Part shown: one piece after another, positions 1 through 6,263 of the stretch | How the letters are laid out: each line of letters starts with the position of its first letter | How positions within the stretch are numbered: position 1 is the first letter of the stretch | NCBI GenBank assembly: GCA_023248295.1 | Contig: JAHFEU010000003.1 | Span: forward strand, 1 to 48,369 | DNA from: Nitrospirota bacterium | GTDB taxonomy: Bacteria > Nitrospirota > Nitrospiria > Nitrospirales > Nitrospiraceae | Direction of reading: 5' to 3' | DNA length: 48,369 nucleotides | Translations under genes and position numbers: made by a program | The notes under the pieces: model-generated | Seen by the model: only the letters and a program-made list of their open reading frames with translations | Databases searched by the model: none | Told to the model about the DNA's origin: nothing

Positions 1-203
1 ACGGACAAGGACGTGCCCGCTGGTGTGAACGAGCGGGCCTTGAGATCAACAGCGACAGCGAGCGGGGAGAAGGTGTGGGGAGAACAGCAGGGCTCTGTCG
101 ATGCGCGCTGTTTGACGATTAGTCACACCATCCGCCGCGCCCTGGTATCCCTCCCCTCACTCCACGCTGCCGGGGTTTGAGAAAAGGTCTGCAAGTCTGA
201 GAG

Positions 204-232
204 TTGACACGATTCTCTGCAAGACGTAGCTG
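204..232 (+). promoter_or_regulatory. sigma70-like promoter candidate (TTGACA-17 nt-TAGCTG)
   Basis: Perfect -35 TTGACA at 204-209, 17-nt spacer, weak -10 TAGCTG at 227-232. It is the first of two similar GAGAG(C)TTGACAC units 61 nt apart in a 660-nt region with no ORF-track ORF. Confidence 0.2.
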
Positions 233-264
233 TCCCTGTTTCTGGTCCGACCAATTTAGAGAGC

Positions 265-293
265 TTGACACACCGTCCCCCACCGTATAGCAT
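265..293 (+). promoter_or_regulatory. sigma70-like promoter candidate (TTGACA-17 nt-TAGCAT)
   Basis: Perfect -35 TTGACA at 265-270, 17-nt spacer, -10 TAGCAT at 288-293 (TATAGCAT context). No ORF follows for about 170 nt. Confidence 0.3.
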
Positions 294-463
294 CGCGCCT
301 GCCGGTCTAAGCTCCCCTGACTGTCCTACTCTCGCGCGTCCTGATTCCTTCCTGCGCGACTGATTCCTCAGTCTCCGCCGCTTCTGGGTTCGAGAGGTAT
401 CTCTACACGTGAGTCAGTTGAGGCCTGTCGCGCGCTGCGGTCAATCAGTAAAGAGGAGATGTC

Positions 464-592
464 ATGATTTCAAAGTGGGGCCTGCTCAGGCACCATTTTC
501 CGTTCGATATACTCGAGAGCCGAAAAATAATTCCAGGGTCTGTTTCGCTGTTCTGGGCACCGCAAAGAAGTGATTGGGACGTCGAATTTTAG
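464..592 (+). CDS. candidate small ORF (42 aa, MISKWGLLRHHFPFDILESRKIIPGSVSLFWAPQRSDWDVEF), no recognisable family
   Basis: ATG at 464 is preceded by AAGAGGAG with its 3' end 5 nt upstream. It is below the ORF-track size cutoff and has no homology signal I can recognise. Confidence 0.2.
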   Translation: MISKWGLLRHHFPFDILESRKIIPGSVSLFWAPQRSDWDVEF

Positions 593-667
593 TGGGTGGC
601 TGCCTTTTCAAACCTGGCGGCTGGTGTTCGTGAAATCAAGAAAAGGGGCTAAGGGAAGGAAGGGACT

Positions 668-2506
668 ATGAGGACTCGTCAATTGTGGTCCACGTGCGGG
701 ATTCTAGTCGCAACTGTTGCGCTCGCCTCCTGTACGAAGGAACAAATGGAGCAACTCCTGCAAAATACTACCCAAGCCATGGTCTCAGGAGGGTGCCCGC
801 CGGGAGCCGGCCCCGTGAGCCCGGCGCCCGAGTTCTGTCTGTATGTGACCGAACTGCGCGTCGTGAATCGTAACACCGAAGCGAATGTCAGTGCAACGAT
901 TGTGAACCGAACCGGCCGAAGGCTCTACCTTACAATGGTAAGTCAGCCGTTTCTCACCGACAGCAGTGGAACGAAATGGGCTAATAGCAATGTCACCGGA
1001 ATCGGCGGTACTCCATTATCATTGGAACCTAACGTTGATTCACAGAGTGCATTTTCATTTAACCGCAGTGGGAGTGGGCAGGCTCCTGCTGACTTGACCT
1101 TCTCAATGCGCGGAGAGGTCGCGATCCTCAAAGTAGATTCTCGCGGCGAGGTTATTCCCGGCCGCCATCAGCCAACTGTCCGTGGGTTCAACTTCTCGGG
1201 CATTCGCCAGGGGCAACAACAGCCGGCGCAACCGGCCGGAGCAAGTGGGCCTCAAGGCTCGACTTCCCTAGAGCAGCAGTCCAAGGAGCAAAAGCAACTC
1301 GGAACCACCCCGAAGAATGAGTCTGCGAACACAGGCAATACCACGCCAGCATCAAGTCCGGGAGGGAGTTTCGTGCCGCTGAAGGCCGCTGATTTCCCGG
1401 AGCGAGGCCAATCGCTTCTCAATCAGCAAGTAGAGCTCTCGGGGAACTTCTACTCACCAATCCTCGTGAACCCCAAAAGCGACTTCTCCCGGGGGCTCAT
1501 CAGCAATCCGAGCGTCGACCCTCGCCGTATGGATGCGAAGGCGGTTACGGTCGTCTTCGACTTGGTAGACAAGCAAACGATCAGTTGGATGGCACGAAAT
1601 ATGTGTCGGGAAGTCTGTAAGAATGTGTTCGTCCGGGGGCGCCTTGTGACGCGAAAGGGTCATCGTCAGCCAGTGCTTGAAATGACCCAAATTTCCTTTG
1701 AGTCGGTCGCAGGGGCCGAAGCTGGAGGTTCAGCCGAAGCGAAGCTGATTGCGGCTCAGGATCGATACGGAACTGCCAAAGCGGTATTGCCTTCTGGGGC
1801 GATCCCCACAGAGGAAGGCTGGAAAGGTTGGGCCGACCGTATTCCATCCACCGCTCCCGGCTACGATGCCGCCAGAGGCATGTGGAAAAGCATGATCGAC
1901 CATTCAGACTACCAGAGACAAGCCGCGTGGGATCAAGAACGAGCCATTGTCCGAGGGCCAGACAGACCAGCGGACTTTGAAACCTATTACCGAGGGGTTC
2001 GAGATACCGGGTTGTCGGATCTGTTCAAACCGGTTCATTACCAAGACCGCACGACGGTCTGGCCACGTGTTGCACTCATCGTGGAGGAAAGACCCCAAAA
2101 AGGCGGCATCATCGCCGACGAATATAACCGCGGGGGCAAGACCACCTCGGACCGTTGCTGGCGCTTGCGTGCGAAGGTGTGGACTGGCCCGGCTCGAAGC
2201 GAAGACATTGCCCCGTTCAATTGGTGCTTGAGCGAGATGCGCTATAACATTGGCTACGCTGGCGTTGCTAGATGGGGAATGTCGCCGACATCGAATATGG
2301 CACGCATCCAAGCTAACACTGGCAGCAAACGAACTACTGGCCCCAATCCGCCGGGTACACCGCTTCCTCAACCCTTATACATGTTTCAGTTCAGCTATGA
2401 CACCATTATGGTTGGCAATGTGCTCCTAGACATGGGTTTTAGCTTCCATGTTCCCGACGGACGTGTCTGGTTGATCGATGAGTCAGTTACCATGCAACAG
2501 GGTTGA
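668..2506 (+). CDS. hypothetical lipoprotein (612 aa) with a Gln/Pro/Ser/Thr-rich linker
   Basis: Long ORF with GGAAGGAAGGG upstream of the ATG. N-terminal signal peptide with lipobox (VALASC). Low-complexity linker QGQQQPAQPAGASGPQG...NTGNTTPASSPGG separates an N-terminal beta-rich region from a ~330-aa C-terminal region of no family I recognise. Confidence 0.8.
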   Translation: MRTRQLWSTCGILVATVALASCTKEQMEQLLQNTTQAMVSGGCPPGAGPVSPAPEFCLYVTELRVVNRNTEANVSATIVNRTGRRLYLTMVSQPFLTDSSGTKWANSNVTGIGGTPLSLEPNVDSQSAFSFNRSGSGQAPADLTFSMRGEVAILKVDSRGEVIPGRHQPTVRGFNFSGIRQGQQQPAQPAGASGPQGSTSLEQQSKEQKQLGTTPKNESANTGNTTPASSPGGSFVPLKAADFPERGQSLLNQQVELSGNFYSPILVNPKSDFSRGLISNPSVDPRRMDAKAVTVVFDLVDKQTISWMARNMCREVCKNVFVRGRLVTRKGHRQPVLEMTQISFESVAGAEAGGSAEAKLIAAQDRYGTAKAVLPSGAIPTEEGWKGWADRIPSTAPGYDAARGMWKSMIDHSDYQRQAAWDQERAIVRGPDRPADFETYYRGVRDTGLSDLFKPVHYQDRTTVWPRVALIVEERPQKGGIIADEYNRGGKTTSDRCWRLRAKVWTGPARSEDIAPFNWCLSEMRYNIGYAGVARWGMSPTSNMARIQANTGSKRTTGPNPPGTPLPQPLYMFQFSYDTIMVGNVLLDMGFSFHVPDGRVWLIDESVTMQQG

Positions 2507-2572
2507 CCTCCTTCTGAAAAACCAGACAACGGAGACCCGCGTCGTTAATCTGACTCTACCAAGGCGGTTCCC

Positions 2573-2875
2573 ATGGTATCAAAGTTTGTGAATTGGACGC
2601 TTCATGTTGGACTAGTCGGCGTGCTTCTGCTTGCACTCCCCCTGCTGTCCCTTCCCATGATCGACACCTCAGTGCTTCACGCTGCTGAACCTCTCGACAT
2701 CAACACGGCCACCGCCGACCAACTGAAGGCCCTGCATGGCATTGGCTATGCTAAATCAAGGAAGATCATCGAGGGCCGTCCGTACACGCGGAAGGATGAG
2801 CTGGTCCAGAAGAAGGTCATCCCACAGACCACGTACGACAAGATCAAGGATCAGATAGTGGCGAAAGAGAAGTAA
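2573..2875 (+). CDS. ComEA-like helix-hairpin-helix DNA-binding protein with N-terminal signal/anchor
   Basis: Hydrophobic N-terminus, then LDINTATADQLKALHGIGYAKSRKIIEGRPY, the typical ComEA/HhH_3 motif (INTA..eL..LpGIG...A..Ii..R). Confidence 0.75.
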   Translation: MVSKFVNWTLHVGLVGVLLLALPLLSLPMIDTSVLHAAEPLDINTATADQLKALHGIGYAKSRKIIEGRPYTRKDELVQKKVIPQTTYDKIKDQIVAKEK

Positions 2876-3128
2876 TTGATTTGTATTTAGAATCAGCTGA
2901 AATTAAATGTTTGTATTTCCTCATGTCGATTCCGCAAAAGACACTCGAGATTAACTAATTATAGGAATAATGTACTCCCCCACCTAATTTTGGATCAAGC
3001 AGGCACAGCAGCAAAAGCCGAATCTTTAGAGGCAGAGAAACGGGGCCAGCTCAGACACCATTTGTCGTTGGATGTGCCAGTCGTGGCCTCGGGGCAACTA
3101 ACATTCTCAAATAAGTAAGGAGGAATTC

Positions 3129-3536
3129 ATGATTCATGTACTGCTCATCGCCGTATTGAGTCTTGCGGGCTGCTATTCATCGGGAAACGCTAGCATCAAG
3201 AACCAAGAGTTGATCGCTCAGGTGCAGATGGGGAAATCCACCAAAGAGGATGTGCGACGGCTATTCGGAGAACCGGACAGCGTCACCAGAACCTCGTCCC
3301 AAGTGGCCAGTGCGGGAAATCCCTCGCAAATGGTCATGATCGTCGAATGGTGGTCGTACACCCATGCCAGCGCCCAGACGGATGCCAAGAGTTTTATTCC
3401 CTTTGTTGGTTGGTTTCTCGGCGGCTCCACGTATGAGTCAGACTACTTCCAAGTGGGATACGACACCAAAGGAGTGGTGCAACATATTACCTCTGGCGCC
3501 TCCAAAGGCAAAAGCGGCCTGCTAAGCTCTCAATAA
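3129..3536 (+). CDS. small lipoprotein, SmpA/OmlA (BamE)-like
   Basis: Strong SD (TAAGGAGGAATTC ATG). Lipobox LSLAGC. MGKSTKEDVRRLFGEPDSV resembles the BamE/SmpA_OmlA signature (G.tk.eV...lG.Pd). Confidence 0.7.
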   Translation: MIHVLLIAVLSLAGCYSSGNASIKNQELIAQVQMGKSTKEDVRRLFGEPDSVTRTSSQVASAGNPSQMVMIVEWWSYTHASAQTDAKSFIPFVGWFLGGSTYESDYFQVGYDTKGVVQHITSGASKGKSGLLSSQ

Positions 3537-3597
3537 GAGGGAGACAAGACAGATCTATAAGGGATTTAAGGGGACAGGGTTGCGTGGGGCCATAGGG

Positions 3598-3713
3598 TGG
3601 AGCCAGGGCTTGCAATCACACATCTCACCTTTCACTCACGTTCTTCTTCCTACTATTTCTCCCTGCAGAGGGCGGCCTGGTTGTTCCTCCACTTCGCGCA
3701 TCGACCGATCACC
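3598..3713. repeat. cassette-boundary repeat, copy A (~116 nt)
   Basis: Shares long exact strings with copy B: cttgcaatcacacatctc (18 nt), gcagagggcggcctgg (16 nt) and the right-end motif cgcgcatcgaccgatcacc. Lies on the low-coordinate side of the ParE-like cassette. Confidence 0.7.
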
Positions 3714-3776
3714 TTCTGAGGTGAGGGGTCCGTGAGCACCAAGGGCATGCTGACTGCCTACCCCATCACTAATCTT

Positions 3777-4004
3777 TCATTCACGGCCCACCCAGTACAT
3801 GGGCCGGCGTTTCAGATTCATCACCGCAAGCACTCGCAGCTTGTCCTGTTTGATGGAATACAGGAGGGCGTAGGGGAATCGGGGAACGAGTCGGCGTCGT
3901 ATCGCCCCGAGGATCAACTGACCCGCCTCAGGATATTCAAGGATGGCTACGGAAGACCTCTCCGGCAGAGCACCTAGAGTCCGGGGTCGTATCCATTTCC
4001 GCAT
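3777..4004 (-). CDS. ParE/RelE-family toxin, apparently N-terminally truncated (possible pseudogene)
   Basis: C-terminal two thirds match the ParE-type pattern (ILEYPEAG...IRRRLVPRFPYALLYSIKQDKLRVLAVMNLKRRPMYW). The longest ORF overlaps the antitoxin gene by 68 nt. The usual ~35-aa N-terminal helix pair is missing. Confidence 0.6.
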   Translation of the reverse strand: MRKWIRPRTLGALPERSSVAILEYPEAGQLILGAIRRRLVPRFPYALLYSIKQDKLRVLAVMNLKRRPMYWVGRE

Positions 4005-4149
4005 CCCGCCGCTGGGCTTCTTCCGCCCAAAGCCGAGCGTTCTCCGCTTCGGAGAGGTTCTCCAGGCTCTCGAGCAGCTTCCCGGCCAAACGAGCCCGCG
4101 CTTTCGGATCGAGTCTCAGCGCTTCAGTCTCGAGTTCCTCAATACTCAT
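3937..4149 (-). CDS. putative addiction-module antitoxin (TIGR02574-like component)
   Basis: MSIEELETEALRLDPKARARLAGKLLESLE...WAEEAQRRDAEMD...GEVF matches the characteristic pattern of this antitoxin family. It lies directly upstream of the ParE-like ORF. Confidence 0.75.
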   Translation of the reverse strand: MSIEELETEALRLDPKARARLAGKLLESLENLSEAENARLWAEEAQRRDAEMDTTPDSRCSAGEVFRSHP

Positions 4150-4208
4150 GGGGGCATTCTACACCAAACTGGATTGCTGAAGCACGGAGAACCTGCGCCT
4201 CGTAGAGC

Positions 4209-4316
4209 GTGGCCAGGCCTTGCAATCACACATCTCGCCTGCTCGTCACTCCTTCTTCCTCCTGCTTCCCTCGGCAGAGGGCGGCCTGGGTGATCCCAAC
4301 TGCGCGCGTCATCACC
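4209..4316. repeat. cassette-boundary repeat, copy B (~108 nt)
   Basis: Near-collinear match to copy A (see copy A). Right end is aactgcgcgcgtcatcacc. Lies between the ParE-like and RelE-like cassettes. Confidence 0.7.
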
Positions 4317-4394
4317 CGTTTGCACTTGAAGGACAATGGGGATCGCGGCTTCGCATGGTCTCCTCGTAGCGGGCAGGAGGGCAGTCAAGAATCA

Positions 4395-4511
4395 GGGCCA
4401 GGTCTTGCAAGGGAAGAGAGGGGTCAGACCCTTTAAATTCCGCACCGGCATGGAGTGCCTGCGCCAGACCGCTGAAGTTCGAAATCTTCGTTCGGGTTGG
4501 ATTGCAAGACC
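4395..4511. repeat. partial repeat left-arm motif plus an inverted copy (ggtcttgcaa / ttgcaagacc)
   Basis: gggccaggtcttgcaa at 4395-4410 repeats the left end of copies A/B. The 10-nt core ggtcttgcaa (4401-4410) recurs inverted at 4502-4511. Confidence 0.4.
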
Positions 4512-4595
4512 AAACACCGCTTCCCGCGCGTGCCCAGTACGCCCGGCGTGTTCGGCGATTCTCTGTCATGACCAAGACACAGACGGTCCCGGTTC

Positions 4596-4892
4596 CTACA
4601 TGTGATGCCAAAGGGCTACAGATCCCGGTAGACCTCCGATCGGTGTTGGACACGGTAGATCTTTAATCATCCGGTCAGAGGGGGAGTGCCAGTACAGGAT
4701 ACGGTAGTCCGAATGTCGAAGTCGGCATAGGCCGGACAGATCGTCAGGCATGTTCTGCAGCCGATGATGGATAATGTGAGGTGCATTCTCTTTGAGCCAC
4801 TTGATCCGACGAAGGATACCTGTCCGGACGTCCGGGGAAAGATGTTCAAGATCAGTTTCGGCGGCGGGCAGGACTACAATTTGATATTCCAA
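4596..4892 (-). CDS. RelE/ParE-family toxin with apparent 3' frameshift (possible pseudogene)
   Basis: N-terminal 80 aa are RelE-like (LSPDVRTGILRRIKWLKENA...LSGLCRLRHSDYRILYW). The canonical C-terminus KIYRVQHRSEVYRDL-stop is encoded in a different frame (stop at 4616-4618), after an A-run at 4662-4664. Confidence 0.75.
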   Translation of the reverse strand: MEYQIVVLPAAETDLEHLSPDVRTGILRRIKWLKENAPHIIHHRLQNMPDDLSGLCRLRHSDYRILYWHSPSDRMIKDLPCPTPIGGLPGSVALWHHM

Positions 4893-5080
4893 CGGCGGGC
4901 AACCTCATCCAACGACTTCCCCCTTCCTGCCAAGTCTTCCCCCTTTCGAATCTGACGCAGGCTCTTGACCAGTTTGGGATTCTGGCTGAGGAGCCAGTCC
5001 TCCAGCTCATCCTTGCTGTCTGCCGTTTCCCAGACTGTTCTTGGGATTTCGATAGTGGCCTTCGCGGTGGACCTTCGCAT
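4874..5080 (-). CDS. putative antitoxin of the RelE-like toxin
   Basis: 68-aa ORF immediately upstream of the toxin gene and overlapping it by 19 nt. DELEDWLLSQNPKLVKSLRQ...GKSLDEV resembles small antitoxins paired with RelE/ParE toxins. Confidence 0.6.
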   Translation of the reverse strand: MRRSTAKATIEIPRTVWETADSKDELEDWLLSQNPKLVKSLRQIRKGEDLAGRGKSLDEVARRWNIKL

Positions 5081-5180
5081 ACGGTCTCCTCCGTCTCTAA
5101 TCTGAGATCATCATACATGAATTCCCTGTGCCCGTCATCCTGTACAGCGCTCAAAGATTGCGGGCGAAGAAGAGAAGCTA

Positions 5181-5273
5181 GGGCCCTGGTCTTGCCATCC
5201 AACATCGAGACACAATCCCTCCCTTCCTCCACGTTGGCTGAGGCATTCCATTCATAACTGCGCGCATCGGCAC
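5181..5273. repeat. cassette-boundary repeat, copy C (diverged, ~93 nt)
   Basis: Keeps both ends of the A/B unit (gggccctggtcttgcca... and ...aactgcgcgcatcggcac) with a diverged centre. Lies between the RelE-like and VapBC cassettes. Confidence 0.5.
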
Positions 5274-5453
5274 TGAGTCCCGTGAAGCGCACCTCGTGAA
5301 GCGTATCTCGTTCTGAAATTCGGACGCTTCACGAACGACGAAGAACGCTGAAGGTTTGCGCGGTGCGCGAGCATAAAGGGCATGCACGCTGCCCTAGCCT
5401 CTTCACCGCTGCGAATACCACGGATAGCCTTAGTGACAGGATAGAAGCGGTCT

Positions 5454-5870
5454 CTATCTATTGCGGAGCAACGCGATAAACCCTTCCTGCTCAAAATGCC
5501 GATCTGTCGTCAGCGCCTCTCTCAGACGGCGCTCACGCATGAGCAGCATCGAACCGCAGTCGGTCAGGCTATATCCCTTATCGGGTCTGGCTTTGTAGAA
5601 GGCGAGACTTCGGCTGAATGTGCGTCGGCTATGAGGAATCACTGTGACCTGGGAATTCTTCAGAATGGTCTCTACCGTTTCGACTGCGGCGGCACGGACA
5701 AGGGGCGCTTTGTCGGCCAAGGCGTTGAGGAACTCGGTGAGGACTGCCTCCGTTGTGAAGAGGCGGCAGTTGCCCAACGCAGAAGACACTTCAACAGCCT
5801 TGACGTGGTATTGATCGAATGAATTGGTCAGGGCGATCCAGTAGGATGTGTCTGCGAAGAGACGTTTCAC
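5454..5870 (-). CDS. vapC: PIN-domain ribonuclease toxin VapC
   Basis: LFADTSYWIAL at the N-terminus plus acidic residues in the expected PIN positions (D7, TTEAVLTEF, SLTDC, TTDRHF). ATGA overlap with the upstream small ORF. Confidence 0.85.
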   Translation of the reverse strand: MKRLFADTSYWIALTNSFDQYHVKAVEVSSALGNCRLFTTEAVLTEFLNALADKAPLVRAAAVETVETILKNSQVTVIPHSRRTFSRSLAFYKARPDKGYSLTDCGSMLLMRERRLREALTTDRHFEQEGFIALLRNR

Positions 5871-6073
5871 GTCTCGCTGCTGCCATAGAGGTAGCGGTCG
5901 TGACGGGCCGCAAGATCCGTGGGCAGTTTGTGGAGGTCAGGCTCAGGAATAGATCGGGCAATGCGCAGCACCTCCTCCCACACCGGGCGAGACTTTCTTA
6001 TCTTGAGACGGCGGCGCCCTTGGCGGCTACGTTTGGAGGATGATCTAGGATGCACAGAAGATCGTGTGCTCAT
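5867..6073 (-). CDS. vapB: putative VapB-type antitoxin
   Basis: 68-aa ORF overlapping vapC by 4 nt. Assigned by position and size; the sequence itself is not diagnostic. Confidence 0.55.
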   Translation of the reverse strand: MSTRSSVHPRSSSKRSRQGRRRLKIRKSRPVWEEVLRIARSIPEPDLHKLPTDLAARHDRYLYGSSET

Positions 6074-6120
6074 GATCGTTGCAATTATAGCGGGAAATTC
6101 CTGCCTTGTCTAAAGGTAGT

Positions 6121-6167
6121 GTTGTTGATCTCCCACTGCGCGCATCCACCGAGCACCGGCCGCCTTG
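6121..6167. repeat. cassette-boundary repeat, copy D (right-arm fragment abutting a left-arm-like start)
   Basis: tgttgatctcccactgcgcgcatccaccgagcacc matches the right end of copy A (tggttgttcctccacttcgcgcatcgaccgatcacc). It is followed directly by ggccgccttgaa, resembling the unit's left end. Lies between vapB and the methyltransferase gene. Confidence 0.5.
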
Positions 6168-6263
6168 AACGGAAAGACCGTCACGCGTGACTGGGAATGC
6201 CGACTAAAGACTTCGGTCTTCATCTCATTACTCGTCACTCGTTACCCGTTACTCGTCACGCTT

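Noticed and set aside
1-180. Open-ended plus-strand reading frame at the window start (TDKDVPAGVNERALRST...HAAGV-stop)
   Set aside because: It is only 59 codons with no recognisable family, so it cannot be distinguished from chance in GC-rich DNA.
4209-4225. Sigma54-like -24/-12 element (tGGCCAGGCCTTGCA) in the left arm of the cassette repeats
   Set aside because: The GG-to-GC spacing is one nucleotide short (N9 instead of N10) in copy B and in the 4395 copy, and one long in copy A. No plus-strand gene follows.
4146-4653. ORFs in the spacer between the ParE-like and RelE-like cassettes (4146..4388, 4209..4436, 4312..4653, 4336..4605) and 5252..5494 between the RelE-like and VapBC cassettes
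   Set aside because: They have no SDs or motifs, they overlap the cassette repeats, and they overlap each other. This is most simply non-coding cassette-boundary DNA.
3598-6167. Interpretation of the four repeats as integron attC sites
   Set aside because: No intI-type integrase or attI is present in the window. I could not find RYYYAAC / GTTRRRY cores in correct inverted arrangement. It is kept only as something to test with a covariance model, not as a call.
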